Below, piece after piece: positions 1 through 10,523 of a DNA stretch of 64,000 bases. Under the pieces are notes generated by a model that did no database searches, was not told the DNA's origin, and was given only the letters and a program-made list of their open reading frames with translations. Numbering within the stretch: position 1 is the stretch's first letter; the number at the start of each line of letters is the position of its first letter. The DNA comes from an uncultured Chloroflexia bacterium (lineage in GTDB: Bacteria > Chloroflexota > Limnocylindria > Limnocylindrales > CSP1-4), in contig CAVQKO010000014.1 of assembly GCA_963713075.1 (NCBI GenBank), positions 367,858 through 431,857 of the forward strand. Direction: 5' to 3'. Made by a program: the position numbers and the translations under genes.

Positions 1-76
1 CGAGGAGGCCGCGACGGGACGGGCGCCACCGCGGGGATGCCGGCGCGGAGCCTGGCGGGCGGAGGCCGGAAGGGCG

Positions 77-958
77 TCAGACCGGCGGCCAGGGCACCGC
101 AGGCCAGCGCGGGTCCGGCTGCGGGAAGCACCCAGAGGCGATGAGCCGCTCGAGGCGGCGGGCCGTGGCGCCCACCTCAATCGGGTCGAGCAGCTCGTGC
201 AGGCGGCCGCCGAGCTCGGCGTCGAGACCGCGGCGGAGAACGCGGAGCACCGCGACCTCCTCGTCGGTGAACGCCTCGCCGCGCCACGCCCAGAGCACCG
301 TCCGGAGCTTGGGGACCGGCGAGAAGGTCACGCCGTGGTCCACGCCGTAGATGTGGCCGCCGGGCACGGGCAGCAGGTGCCCGGCCTTGCGATCGGTGTT
401 GTTGACCGCGGCGTCAAAGACCGCGATCCGCCGCAGTCTCGGGTCGTCATCGTTGACGAGGTCGACGGGATCCACGTCCGGGTCGGTTCGGATCCACAGC
501 TGGAGCATGCCCGGCCCGAGCGGTCCGTCGCGCAGGACCGTGGGCGGGACGACGCCCCACCCGGTCGCCCGGGAGGTCACGAACGACGCCACCTCGCGGC
601 GGGCAAGGGTGCCGTCGGGGAAGTCGAACAGGGGTCGCTCGCCTGCAACCGGCTTGTGGATCACCGCGGCCTCGATGCCGTCCCCGCGGACTGTGCCCAG
701 CAGAGCATTGTTGGACGACACCCACAGCCGGCCGATCAGGTCCAGGTCGCCGCGCGCGAGCAGCACGAGCGCCTCCGCCTCCGGGAGCACCGGCATCGGC
801 AGGCCGAGCGACTCGATGCTTGTCGAGGCCGCAGCCTCCTCGCCCTGCTCCTCGTCCTCGAGCTCGTCGGCAAGCTCCCGCTCGAGCTCGGCCTCGGCAT
901 CCGCGTCGAGGCCCTGGCCGACCCCCGGGGTCGCGTCGCGCGCCGCGTCGTCCGGCAT
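77..958 (-). CDS. SCO1664 family protein (PI3/4-kinase-like fold)
   Basis: Motifs HKPVAGERPLFDFPDGTLARREVA, DGPLGPG and FDAAVNNTDRKAGH...GVDHG; C-terminal WPAVPWPPV; directly downstream of a DUF3090 gene as is typical. Start set at ATG 958. Confidence 0.85.
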   Translation of the reverse strand: MPDDAARDATPGVGQGLDADAEAELERELADELEDEEQGEEAAASTSIESLGLPMPVLPEAEALVLLARGDLDLIGRLWVSSNNALLGTVRGDGIEAAVIHKPVAGERPLFDFPDGTLARREVASFVTSRATGWGVVPPTVLRDGPLGPGMLQLWIRTDPDVDPVDLVNDDDPRLRRIAVFDAAVNNTDRKAGHLLPVPGGHIYGVDHGVTFSPVPKLRTVLWAWRGEAFTDEEVAVLRVLRRGLDAELGGRLHELLDPIEVGATARRLERLIASGCFPQPDPRWPAVPWPPV

Positions 959-969
959 CGACCTCGCCG

Positions 970-1533
970 TCAGTTCAGGAGGTGGCCGTTCCGGCGCGGG
1001 CAGAGGTGCCCCTGCGGGTCCAGCGGCTGGCCGCACAGGGGGCACGGCGGCCTTCCGGCGGCGAGCACGCGGACCGCGCGGGCCACGAAGCGCCGGGCCT
1101 CGGCGGGGGAGAAGCGCACGCGGAACAGGTCGGGCCCGTCCTCGTCGTCCTCATCCTCATCAGCCTCGTCCTCGTCCGCCTCCTCGTCGTCGGTGAGTTC
1201 GCGGGCCTCGAGGATCACCAGCTCGTCCACGGTGTCCCAGCCGAGCGACAGCGTCCCGGCCCGGAAGACCTCGTTGAGGGGCTCGTCCAGGGCCGCGGTG
1301 TCGCCGACCTCCCCCTCGACCTCGGCGGCGTCCTCGACGCCACGACGCTCCAGCTCCTCGAGCAGCTCGAGCAGCCGCTGGGACAGGGCGGCGACCTGCA
1401 CCTTCTCGAGGGACACGGACACGACGCGCGAGGCGTCGCGGGCCTGCAGGAAGAACACGCGGCTTCCCGGGGCGCCGACGGTGCCCGGCACGAACCGATC
1501 AGGCGAGTCGAAGAGGTGGCGTCGTCGAGGCAT
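970..1533 (-). CDS. DUF3090 family protein
   Basis: DRFVPGTVGAPGSRVFFLQA, SLEKVQV and C-terminal AGRPPCPLCGQPLDPQGHLCPRRNGH. Start set at ATG 1533 inside the longer ORF. Confidence 0.88.
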   Translation of the reverse strand: MPRRRHLFDSPDRFVPGTVGAPGSRVFFLQARDASRVVSVSLEKVQVAALSQRLLELLEELERRGVEDAAEVEGEVGDTAALDEPLNEVFRAGTLSLGWDTVDELVILEARELTDDEEADEDEADEDEDDEDGPDLFRVRFSPAEARRFVARAVRVLAAGRPPCPLCGQPLDPQGHLCPRRNGHLLN

Positions 1534-1583
1534 CAGGCGTCCGAGGTTACCCGATACGGCCCTCGAGTGGCCCGGATGCTGGT

Positions 1584-3245
1584 CTAGCCGACGTTGACCG
1601 AGATCGTGTGGTGGCCGCGGGCGCCGTCGGGATCGGGCGTCGAGACGTTCGCCGTCTGGACGACACCGGTGCCGTCGGTGGCGCGGACCTCGATCGTGTG
1701 CTGGCCGCTGGTCGCCTGCCAGGCGTACTTCCACTGCACCCAGGTGGCGGCCGACAGCTCGGTGGCGAGCATCGCCTCCTGCCACGCGCCCCCGTCGATG
1801 CTGACCTCCACCTTGGAGATGCCGCGGTCGGGCGCCCACGCGACGCCGGCGACGGCCACGGGGCCGGCCTTCATCGATGCCCCGCTGCCGGGGACGTCGA
1901 TCCGCGACTGCGTCAGGATCGGCGCCTCCTTGGCCCAGCCCCGCGGGACCCAGTACGCGTCGATCGCCTCGAGCGTGGTGAGCTGGATCTCGGTGAGCCA
2001 CTTGGTGGCCGAGACGTAGCCGTAGAGGCCGGGGACGATGAGGCGGGCGGGGAAGCCGTGCTCGACAGGCAGCGGCGCGTCGTTCATCTTCACCGCGATG
2101 ATCGCGTCGCGCGGATGGGCCGGATCGGTGATCCAGGAGGTCGGGAAGCCCGCCGTCCAGCCGTCGACGGAGCGCGGCACGACCTGGGTGGCGCCGGCCT
2201 GGACGCCGGCCATCGCGAGCACGTCGGCGAGCTTGACGCCGGTCCACTTCGCGTTGCCGACGAGGTTGCCGCCCACCTCGTTGCTGACGCAGGCGATCGT
2301 CACGTAGCGCTCGATGAGCGGCAGCTGCATCAGCTGCTCGAACGTGAGGGTGACCTCCTTGTCGACCATGCCCCAGACGCGCAGGGACCAGGTCGTGATG
2401 TCGACCGCCGGGGTGATCAGCGCGGTGTCGATCCGGTAGAACTGGTTGTTGGGCATCACCACCGGGGTGATCCCCGCGATGCTGAAGGAAGCGTCGGGGC
2501 CCGGGCTTGGCGCCGGGTCCACCGCCTGCGGGATCGTGATCCCGCCCGGGCCGCCGCCCGGCCCGCTGAGCGATGCGCTGGCCTGCGCCGCGGCGCGTCC
2601 GTTGAGGAGGGTGCGCCCGATCGCGCCCCCGGCGACCGCGACGACCCCGATGGCGCCCGCCTCGACCAGGAAGGTGCGTCGGGCCCGGCCCGCCGCCGCG
2701 GCGGCCCCCGGCGTCTCGGCGTCGCCCGCGCCCGTGGCCGGCACCGGCGAGCGAGCGGCCGCCAGCAGCATCATGAGCGCCTGGAGGCCGACGCCAGCCT
2801 GGAGGGCGGCCGTGACGACGACGAGCGGCCCGACGGCGGTCGAGTCACGGAGCGAGGCGAGGCCGCCGACGGCCACGACGCCCACGACGAGCCAGCCCGC
2901 GAGCATGACGCTGCGACGCGCGAGCAGGCCGATCCCGGCCCCGGCCGCGAGCACCACCAGCGTCACCAGGATCATGAGGGCGGCCTTGTCGTTGGTCCCG
3001 AACAGGCTGACAACGACGTCCTTGCTCCCGGGCGGCGCGAAGTCGATGGCGGCCGTCCCGACGGCCGCGAGCGGGGAGGGGATGCCGCGGACGAGCCCGG
3101 CCACGAGCTCGCCCGTCGCGAGGGCTGCCCCGGCGGCGAGGAGCCCCGACAGCGCGGCACGGCCAGCACCCGCGGCTGGCTGGCGGGCCGCCGTCTTGAT
3201 CTGCGGCATCGGTTCGGGGCGGGAGAGGATGGGTCGGTCGGTCAC
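1584..3245 (-). CDS. Membrane-anchored molybdopterin-dependent oxidoreductase (sulfite oxidase/MsrP-like)
   Basis: N-terminal TM helices; FYRIDTAL, TIACVSNEVGG, HGFPARLIVPGLYGYVSATKW; C-terminal Ig-like dimerisation domain. Start uncertain (GTG 3245 or ATG 3209). Confidence 0.88.
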   Translation of the reverse strand: MTDRPILSRPEPMPQIKTAARQPAAGAGRAALSGLLAAGAALATGELVAGLVRGIPSPLAAVGTAAIDFAPPGSKDVVVSLFGTNDKAALMILVTLVVLAAGAGIGLLARRSVMLAGWLVVGVVAVGGLASLRDSTAVGPLVVVTAALQAGVGLQALMMLLAAARSPVPATGAGDAETPGAAAAAGRARRTFLVEAGAIGVVAVAGGAIGRTLLNGRAAAQASASLSGPGGGPGGITIPQAVDPAPSPGPDASFSIAGITPVVMPNNQFYRIDTALITPAVDITTWSLRVWGMVDKEVTLTFEQLMQLPLIERYVTIACVSNEVGGNLVGNAKWTGVKLADVLAMAGVQAGATQVVPRSVDGWTAGFPTSWITDPAHPRDAIIAVKMNDAPLPVEHGFPARLIVPGLYGYVSATKWLTEIQLTTLEAIDAYWVPRGWAKEAPILTQSRIDVPGSGASMKAGPVAVAGVAWAPDRGISKVEVSIDGGAWQEAMLATELSAATWVQWKYAWQATSGQHTIEVRATDGTGVVQTANVSTPDPDGARGHHTISVNVG

Positions 3246-3463
3246 TGGTCGCTCATGCTGTGCATCTTGGCGGAGGTTCGCGTGCGGGGCGCCGTCGGTT
3301 CGGCGTCGGGGCCCACCTTCGCAGCCTGCAGTGACATCACGATGACACGCCGGGCGCCACGACGCCGCCGGCCGGGCCGGCGGCGGCGTCGTCGTGGGGC
3401 GGGGGGCGGGGCGGGACTGGCCGGAACGGGCGTCTGCCGTTCCGGCCAGCGGCCACGGTCGGC

Positions 3464-4501
3464 CTAGGCGCGCACCTCCTGGCGGAGGAAGAGCACGTAG
3501 GCGAGCGCGAAGAGCAGCACGGTCAGCGCCACCAGCGCCACCAGCTGCGGCCAGACCAGCAGGACGCTCTGGTCGAGGGTGAGGAGGGTCGGGATCTGCT
3601 GCTGGCTGCTCGTCACCTGACCGAGGTTGGACACGATCAGCACGTTGGTGCTGGGGTCGAGCGTCGCCTGCATGATGTCCTGGTAGAGCTGGACGGGCGA
3701 CAGCCGCAGGAACAGCTCCTGCGCCGAGTACGCCCCGACCTGCGCGGCGGCCGAGGCCGTGGTGTCGACCGGGAACAGGAACCCCGCTGCCGCGTTGATC
3801 AGGAACGGGCCCAGCACCGAGACGGCGAGCCAGACGCCGAACCCCACCAGGGCCGCCGTGGCGGTGCTGCGGATCACGACCGACAGCAGGAGCGCGAAGG
3901 CCAGCCAGAACGAGGCGTAGAGCACGGTGGTCAGCAGCCACACGCCCACGCGCGCGACGTCCTCGCCGGTCGGGATGATGCCGAGCCGGAGAATCCCGAT
4001 TGCGGTCACCAGCAGGATAAGGGTCACCATCATCACGAGGATCACGGTGATGCCGGCCACGAACTTGCCGTTGATCACGTCGTCGCGGTGGACCGGCTGC
4101 GCCAGGAGGCGCGACAGCGTTCCCTGGCTGCGCTCGGAGTTGATGCCGTCGAAGCCGAAGGCGATCCCCACCAGCGGGACCAGCAGCACCACCAGCGCGA
4201 TCATCGAGATGTTGTTGAACGACGATGCGCCGTGCGTGAACAGCGCGAGGAACACGAGCGGGTTGCTGCCGTTCGTCTGCGAGGCGACCTGCTGGATGTC
4301 GTTCGCCGAGAAGTACATGGGCAGGATCGACAGGATCGCGATCACGAGGAGGAGCACGAAGAAGCGCCAGCTCGCGATGTGGTCGGCGAGTTCCTTGGCG
4401 GCGATCGTGCGCCAGCCGCCCGACGGCGCGCGCTCGGCGCGCCGGGCGTCGGCGCGGGTCTTGCGGGTGGGGGTGCCGGCGGTCTCAGTGGGCGCGGCCA
4501 T
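3464..4501 (-). CDS. ABC transporter permease (ABC-2 type)
   Basis: Multiple TM helices; GFDGINSERSQGTLSRLLAQPVHRDDVINGKF; overlaps the ATPase gene. Confidence 0.88.
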   Translation of the reverse strand: MAAPTETAGTPTRKTRADARRAERAPSGGWRTIAAKELADHIASWRFFVLLLVIAILSILPMYFSANDIQQVASQTNGSNPLVFLALFTHGASSFNNISMIALVVLLVPLVGIAFGFDGINSERSQGTLSRLLAQPVHRDDVINGKFVAGITVILVMMVTLILLVTAIGILRLGIIPTGEDVARVGVWLLTTVLYASFWLAFALLLSVVIRSTATAALVGFGVWLAVSVLGPFLINAAAGFLFPVDTTASAAAQVGAYSAQELFLRLSPVQLYQDIMQATLDPSTNVLIVSNLGQVTSSQQQIPTLLTLDQSVLLVWPQLVALVALTVLLFALAYVLFLRQEVRA

Positions 4502-5723
4502 CGATTCCCTCCGGCACGTAGCGGCGGTACAGCTCCAAGAGGTCGGTGCCGCGCCGCCGAAGGTGGGTGAGCGGCAGGTTGGCCGCGGCGAGCGCCGTGG
4601 CGAGCGGCGCCGACACGTCGTGGTCGGCGTAGACGATCCGGATGTGGTCGAGGTGCGGATCCGGCGCCACCTTGGTGACGCCGCTGATGCCCCGTGCGAT
4701 CGGGTCGATCGCGGACGGGCTCGCCTCCACCGCCACCTCGAGCTCGACAGGCCTGTCGGACCCGCCGGACAGCTCGTCGAGCGGACCGGCGGCCACGAGC
4801 TTGCCGGCCGAGTAGAAGCCCACCCGGTCGCACAGCGACTGCACCTGCCCCAGGATGTGCGACGACAGCAGCACGGTGAGCTCGTGCTCCTTCACCAGGC
4901 GCCGGAGCATCCCGAGCAGCTCCTCGACGCCCGCGGGGTCGATGGCGATCGTCGGCTCGTCGAGGACGAGCACCGACGGGCTCTTCACCAGCGCGTCGGC
5001 GATGCCGAGCCGCTGTCGCATGCCGCGCGAGTACTGCTCGGCCTTCTTCCCGGCGGCGTCCTCGAGGCGGACCTCCGCGAGCAGCTCGTCGATGCGCGCG
5101 TCGGCCTCGCGGTGCGTCAGCCCGTTGAGCCGGGCGGTGTAGCGCAGGTTCTCGCGCCCGGTCATGTTCCCATAGAAGCCGACGTTGTCGGGCAGGTAGC
5201 CGACCTTGCGCTTGACCGCGAGCGGCTCGCGCGTCGGGTCGAGCCCGAGCACGCGGACCACGCCGCGGGTCGGCTCCGTGAGCCCGAGCAGCATGAGCAC
5301 CGTGGTCGTCTTGCCGGCGCCGTTGGGGCCCAGCAGGCCGAACACCTCGCCCCTGTGGATGGTCAGGTCGAGCGAGTCCACCGCGGTGAACTCGCCATAC
5401 CGCTTGGTGAGCCGCCGAGCCACGATGACCGCGTCCTCGGGGACGTCGGCGAGGAGGTCCGCGACCGTCCGCCGGCGGCGCCTCGGCCTGTCCTCCACCG
5501 GTGCGGATTCGACGTCCCACGGGCGGACGCCGCTGGCGGCATCGTCGGTCAGGCCCGTGTCGGCGTCGGCCGGGTCGTGCGGGGCTCGAGCCCGCTGGGT
5601 CGCGCCAGGCGACACCTGGCCCGCGCCGGGCCGGGGCCTCGCGCCCAGGCCCGCGGTCGGCCGGGGCCGACGGCGCTGCACCCCGCGCCGCGGCTCGGAC
5701 GGGTTCGTCCGGTCCTCGGTCAT
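4485..5723 (-). CDS. ABC transporter ATP-binding protein
   Basis: Walker A GPNGAGKTT, signature YSRGMRQR, Walker B LVLDEP; long low-complexity N-terminus makes the start uncertain. Confidence 0.9.
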   Translation of the reverse strand: MTEDRTNPSEPRRGVQRRRPRPTAGLGARPRPGAGQVSPGATQRARAPHDPADADTGLTDDAASGVRPWDVESAPVEDRPRRRRRTVADLLADVPEDAVIVARRLTKRYGEFTAVDSLDLTIHRGEVFGLLGPNGAGKTTTVLMLLGLTEPTRGVVRVLGLDPTREPLAVKRKVGYLPDNVGFYGNMTGRENLRYTARLNGLTHREADARIDELLAEVRLEDAAGKKAEQYSRGMRQRLGIADALVKSPSVLVLDEPTIAIDPAGVEELLGMLRRLVKEHELTVLLSSHILGQVQSLCDRVGFYSAGKLVAAGPLDELSGGSDRPVELEVAVEASPSAIDPIARGISGVTKVAPDPHLDHIRIVYADHDVSAPLATALAAANLPLTHLRRRGTDLLELYRRYVPEGIDGRAH

Positions 5724-5727
5724 GGGG

Positions 5728-6939
5728 CTACCGCCGCCCGTACGTCCGGAAGACCCAGTACAGCCCGGCGAAGGTCGCCAGGAGCAGCACGACGCCGGCG
5801 ATCCACCAGAACTGCGGGGTCTCCACGCGCACCCGAATGTCCACCGAGCCGTTGGCCTCGGTGCCGGTCACCTTCATCGTCACGACGTAGTCGCCCGCGA
5901 TCGCGTCGCTCGACGGGATGATCTTGGCGGTGAAGGTCTGGACGTTGTTCGTCGAGCCGGCCGCGAGCGTGTCGACCGATGTCGGGTCGAACGTCACCTT
6001 CCAGCCGGTCGGCGCCGTGGCCGAGGGCGTGAGCTTGGTCACCGGAGCCGTGCCCGTGTTGGTGGCCGAGATGGTGAAGTCCTTCTCGGTGCCCGCATTG
6101 GCGGTCGTGGAGAGGACCTGGTCGGGCGTCGACACGCTGAGCGAGTAGCTCCCGGTGATGGTCACCGTCATGTCCGCCTCGGCGGTCTTGCCGCCGCCCG
6201 CAACCGTCGCCACGATCTTGTTGTCGCCCGCGACGGCATTCGCGTCAGGCGTCACCGAGACCGTCAGCGATCCCGTGGCGCCGGCGGCAACCTCCAGCGT
6301 CGACGCCGTCGACGAGCCGGCCGGCTTGATCGTCGTAGTCCAGCCGTCGGGCCCCTGGGCATTGAACGAGTAGGTCGCCTGGCTCGGCGTGTTGTTCGAG
6401 AGCGTCAGGTTGAAGGTGAAGGTCGAACTCGACGTTCCCTTCTGGGCGGGGAAGTCCGCCTTGAGCGCAATGGTGCCGCTGGCCGCCGACTCCACGCGGA
6501 CGGAGACCGGCAGGCTCTCGTTGAGCCCGCCGCCGGACGCGTGGACGGTCATCTTGGTCGTGCCCGCGGTCGCGTCGGCCGGGACGTCCACTGAGAACTG
6601 GACGTCCGGCGCCGTGCTCGCCGTGGGGCTCGTGTTGGCCACGTACACGCTGTCGATGACCGTGCCGTTGCCGCGGAACCGGGAGGTCCAGCCCGAGGGC
6701 ACGCCGTCGGCGCTGAGGGTGACAGTTGCGGCCGGGTCGGCGCTGAGGTTGAGCTTGAAGGTCGCGGTGGAGCCGGGCTCCGCCACCACCTCGGGGTACG
6801 CCGTCGTGATCGTGAGCACCCCGGCCGCGCCGACGATCGGGGCCCCGGGGCCGGCGACGAGGGCGAGGACGCCGAGGACGAGGGCGATCCGCGAGGTCAG
6901 GCCGACCCGGCGCGGACGCCCAGAAACGCGATCCGACAT
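5728..6939 (-). CDS. Secreted NEW3 (NPCBM-associated) repeat protein with C-terminal membrane anchor
   Basis: Signal peptide, three beta-sandwich repeats (P.GW, AGDY motifs) and C-terminal TM followed by FRTYGRR; first gene of the ABC operon. Confidence 0.8.
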   Translation of the reverse strand: MSDRVSGRPRRVGLTSRIALVLGVLALVAGPGAPIVGAAGVLTITTAYPEVVAEPGSTATFKLNLSADPAATVTLSADGVPSGWTSRFRGNGTVIDSVYVANTSPTASTAPDVQFSVDVPADATAGTTKMTVHASGGGLNESLPVSVRVESAASGTIALKADFPAQKGTSSSTFTFNLTLSNNTPSQATYSFNAQGPDGWTTTIKPAGSSTASTLEVAAGATGSLTVSVTPDANAVAGDNKIVATVAGGGKTAEADMTVTITGSYSLSVSTPDQVLSTTANAGTEKDFTISATNTGTAPVTKLTPSATAPTGWKVTFDPTSVDTLAAGSTNNVQTFTAKIIPSSDAIAGDYVVTMKVTGTEANGSVDIRVRVETPQFWWIAGVVLLLATFAGLYWVFRTYGRR

Positions 6940-7068
6940 GCGCTGTCTCCAGGAACTGGGGTAGTGGACTCGGTCACACACGCGGGCGCCAGTCTCCTCA
7001 ACGGGTCCGCGGCGGCGATCATAGGGCGAATCGGCTGAGAGGAGCCTGAGACTTCGCTTCACGAACGG

Positions 7069-9966
7069 TCAGGCGAGGCGCGCCCAGGCCGCGCCGCCCT
7101 GCGCGGTCGGGGTGGGCGCCGGCGTCGGCGTGGGCGGCGGGGCCGTCGGCGTGGGCGGCACGGGTGTCGGCGTCGGTGGCGGTGGTGTGGGCAGCGGCGT
7201 CGGGGTGGGCGGTGCGGGGGTCGGCGTGTCGGCCGGAGGGGCGGACGGCACCACGGACTCCGTCGGGCTCACCGACGGTGACGGGCACACGATCGTCGAC
7301 GCGCCGGGCACGGCGGACCCGTCGGAGGGGAGCGCACTGTCGCCGGGCGCCCCAGAGGCGCACGGGTCGACGGTCGGGCTCGGCGATGGCGATGCGCAGG
7401 AGCCGCCCCCGACCAGCGGTCCCCACGAGTGCCCGTACGGCGCGAACGAGCCGTTGTAGAAGTACGAGGTGCGCGTGCCCTTGAGCCCGCCGCCGGTGAA
7501 CGGGCCCTTCTGCGCCCGCTTGAGCCACGTCCGGTCGGCCGCGAGCCAGCTCTGGTTGCCGTTCTCGAAGCCGACCGTCGTGAGGACGGCGTCGCCGCAG
7601 GTGCCCGCCGGCAGCGCGGCCGTCGGCGCCGTGCCGGGCAGGAAGAGCTGCGTCACCGTCGGGTCCTTGCCCGCGGGCAGCTGGCCAGTGAACGCGTCCA
7701 CGGCCGCCTGGTCGAGACCGCCCGGCTTGATGAACCCGTTGATGCTCCAGCTCCTGGTCACCTCCTGGAGGAAGCCCTGCCACACGTAGGTGGGGACATT
7801 GAGCGAGAACAGCGGGTCGGAGGCGGGTGCGACGAGCGAGTTGTCCGAGTTGCCGTTCCAGGCACCCACGGCCAGGGCGTATTCGCCCTTCTTCCGGTCG
7901 GCAGCGGACGGGGCGCCGATGTAGCCCCACGCGTTGAGGTCCTTGGCGTCGTTGTTGGTGCCCGTCTTGAGCGTCGCCGGGCGGTGATGGCCGCTGGAGC
8001 TCTTGATCTCGAACTTGCCCCAGAACGGGTTGACCGACGGCTGGGTGTTGCCGGCCAGAGTGTCGGTGATGATGTAGGCGGCCGCCGGGTTGAGCACCTC
8101 CGTGGCGTCCACCTTGCTGGTGTCGGTGTTGTCGACGAGCACCGTGCCTGACGGGTCGGTCACCTTGAGCAGCGTGGTCTGCGGGGCGAGCTTGCCGCCG
8201 TCCGCGATGGTGCCGTACGCGCGGACGAGGTCTTTGCCGTGGACCTCGGCGACGCCGAGCGCGAACGACAGGCCGGCCTTCACCTGGCCGTTCTGGAAGT
8301 TGATCCCCATCGCCTCGGCCTGCGTCTGGACGCGCGGCACGCCGATCAGCGAGAGCGCCTTCACGGCCGGGATGTTGAGCGAGAAGCGGAGCGCGTCCTG
8401 CATGCGCACCGGGCCGCGCTCGAGCAGGTCCGCGTCGGTCGGGATGTAGCCGCCGCCCATGTCCGCCGCGACGTCCATGAACACCGACGCGGCGGTGAAG
8501 TACCGGTCCGCGATCCCGGTGGCGTACATGATCGGCTTGAACGACGAGCCCGGCTGGCGCCAGCCGTCGGCGAGCACGTCGAACTGGGGCTGGAGCTTCT
8601 TGGTCGCCTTGACGGTGGGGTCGTCAGCCGCCGCGGAGCCGACGTACGCGATGATCTGCCCGGTCTGGTAGTCCTCGGCGATGAGCGCTCCGTTGTACAG
8701 GCTCTTGTTGACCAGGTTCTTGATCCAGGCCTGGTAGGGGACCTTGAGCGCGCTGGCCTTCGCCGCCGGGTTCTTCGCGTGGGGCACGATCGTCGCGGCC
8801 TGGACCCACTTGGCGGCGATCCTCTGGATCCTGTAGTCGAGCGTGGAGACGATCGTCAGGCCGCCGCGCTCGAGCACAGGACAGGTGTCCACGCCCGCGC
8901 CGCAGATCTGGGTCGCCAGCTCCTTGCGCACCTGGTAGACGAACTGGGACGCCAGCCAGGCCCTGGTCTTCTGCGAGGCGAGGATCACCGGTTCCTGCTT
9001 GGCGGCCGCGAAGTCGGCCGCGGTCGGCTGCTGGCCCGCGGCGGTGAGCAGCGGGGTGCGGTCCTGCGCCATCAGGTCGAGCACCGCGTTGCGGCGCTGG
9101 ACGATGGGCGAGTCCTGGGGGACCTCGAGGGCGGTCGTCTTGCAGTTGGAGTCGGTCGGATCGAGCGTGGGGTCGCTCGTGCACACCTGCTGCGCGTTCT
9201 GCACCAGGTCGTAGTAGTCGGGCGCCTGCGGCAGCGCGGCGATGATCGCCGCCTGTGCGAGCGTCAGCTTCGCCGCCTGCTTGGGGTCGGTCAGGTCGAT
9301 CCCGAAGTAGCCCCGCACGGCGGCCGCGACGCCGTACGAGTCGTTGCCGTAGTAGTTCTGGTTGAGGTAGGCACGGATGATCCGCTGCTTGCCCTCGACG
9401 CCCGGATAGGCCTGGGTCACCCGGATCGACTGGATGATCTCCTTGATCTTCCGCGAGAAGGTGGTCTGCGTCTGGGCCGTGCCGTTGTCGGTGAGCAGGC
9501 GCTGGCGGACGAGCTGCTGGGTGATCGTGGAGCCGCCTCGTGCGTGGCCGCGCAGGGCGTCGATGCCCGACGCGAGGATCCCGACCGGGTCGAAGCCGGA
9601 GTTCTCCCAGAACGTGTTGTCCTCGACCGCGGTCGTGGCGTCCACGATCTTCGCCGGGATGTCCTTGAACTCGAGGACGGTGCGGTTCTCGGTGCCGAAG
9701 GTGGCCAGCTGGGTGGTGCCGTCGCGGGCGAGGACCACGGACTGCTGGATCAGCTGCATCTGCTCGAGCTGGGTCGGGTCCGGCAGGCCCGCGGAGAACG
9801 AGGTGTAGAGGCCGACCGCGGCGACGGCCCCGGCCGCGCCGAGGCAGGCGAGGCCCGCGAACAGCACCAGGCCGATCTTGGCCGCGGCACCCATGCCGCG
9901 TCGTCGGCGCCGCGGGCGGTCGGGGGCGGCGGCCCAGTCCCGGGCCGCTTGGTCATCGTGCTGCAT
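7069..9966 (-). CDS. Class A penicillin-binding protein (transglycosylase/transpeptidase)
   Basis: GT51 motifs EDNTFW, GGSTITQQL, RKIKE and YLNQNYYG; transpeptidase motifs SSFK, SLN and KTG; Pro/Thr-rich tail. Confidence 0.93.
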   Translation of the reverse strand: MQHDDQAARDWAAAPDRPRRRRRGMGAAAKIGLVLFAGLACLGAAGAVAAVGLYTSFSAGLPDPTQLEQMQLIQQSVVLARDGTTQLATFGTENRTVLEFKDIPAKIVDATTAVEDNTFWENSGFDPVGILASGIDALRGHARGGSTITQQLVRQRLLTDNGTAQTQTTFSRKIKEIIQSIRVTQAYPGVEGKQRIIRAYLNQNYYGNDSYGVAAAVRGYFGIDLTDPKQAAKLTLAQAAIIAALPQAPDYYDLVQNAQQVCTSDPTLDPTDSNCKTTALEVPQDSPIVQRRNAVLDLMAQDRTPLLTAAGQQPTAADFAAAKQEPVILASQKTRAWLASQFVYQVRKELATQICGAGVDTCPVLERGGLTIVSTLDYRIQRIAAKWVQAATIVPHAKNPAAKASALKVPYQAWIKNLVNKSLYNGALIAEDYQTGQIIAYVGSAAADDPTVKATKKLQPQFDVLADGWRQPGSSFKPIMYATGIADRYFTAASVFMDVAADMGGGYIPTDADLLERGPVRMQDALRFSLNIPAVKALSLIGVPRVQTQAEAMGINFQNGQVKAGLSFALGVAEVHGKDLVRAYGTIADGGKLAPQTTLLKVTDPSGTVLVDNTDTSKVDATEVLNPAAAYIITDTLAGNTQPSVNPFWGKFEIKSSSGHHRPATLKTGTNNDAKDLNAWGYIGAPSAADRKKGEYALAVGAWNGNSDNSLVAPASDPLFSLNVPTYVWQGFLQEVTRSWSINGFIKPGGLDQAAVDAFTGQLPAGKDPTVTQLFLPGTAPTAALPAGTCGDAVLTTVGFENGNQSWLAADRTWLKRAQKGPFTGGGLKGTRTSYFYNGSFAPYGHSWGPLVGGGSCASPSPSPTVDPCASGAPGDSALPSDGSAVPGASTIVCPSPSVSPTESVVPSAPPADTPTPAPPTPTPLPTPPPPTPTPVPPTPTAPPPTPTPAPTPTAQGGAAWARLA
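7105..7230 (-). repeat. Pro-Thr low-complexity repeat at the PBP C-terminus
   Basis: Encodes TPTPAPPTPTPLPTPPPPTPTPVPPTPTAPPPTPTPAPTPT. Confidence 0.7.
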
Positions 9967-10059
9967 CGCGCCCAAGGATGCCCTGAGCGCGCGGATTGTG
10001 CTGGGGGGCCGCCGACGGGACGGGACGCCAGGATCCCGCTTCGTCGGCCCCCAACGGGC

Positions 10060-10452
10060 TCAGGCCTTGCGCAGCTCGTCCCGGATCTCGGTCAGCAGCT
10101 TGACCTCGTCGGACGGCTCGGCGGGCGGCGCCGGCTTCTCCTTGATCACGGTGCGGGCGATCATGAACACCACGAACGCCACGACGATGAACGCGATCAC
10201 GAGGTTGATGAAGGCGCCCCAGCGGATGTCGACCTCGGGGATCGGCTTGCCGGCGGCGTCGGTCGTCGCGTCCTTGAGCTTGATGACCAGGCTCGTGAAG
10301 TCCACGCCGCCGAGCAGGACGCCGATCGGCGGCATGATGATGTCGTTGACCAGCGAGTTGACGACGTTGCCCAGCGCGACGCCGATGATCACTCCCACCG
10401 CCAGCGCGAGCGCGTTGGTCTTGAGCAGGAATCCCTTGAACTCCTGGAGCAT
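10060..10452 (-). CDS. mscL: Large-conductance mechanosensitive channel
   Basis: MLQEFKGF, LAVGVIIG, SLVNDIIMP and LLTEIRDEL. Confidence 0.96.
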   Translation of the reverse strand: MLQEFKGFLLKTNALALAVGVIIGVALGNVVNSLVNDIIMPPIGVLLGGVDFTSLVIKLKDATTDAAGKPIPEVDIRWGAFINLVIAFIVVAFVVFMIARTVIKEKPAPPAEPSDEVKLLTEIRDELRKA

Positions 10453-10523
10453 TGGCCGAATCCCTCCGTGTCTGCCGGCGTGCCGACCGGCTCGCCGCGA
10501 ACCTTAGCCGGTCGGCGGCCTGC

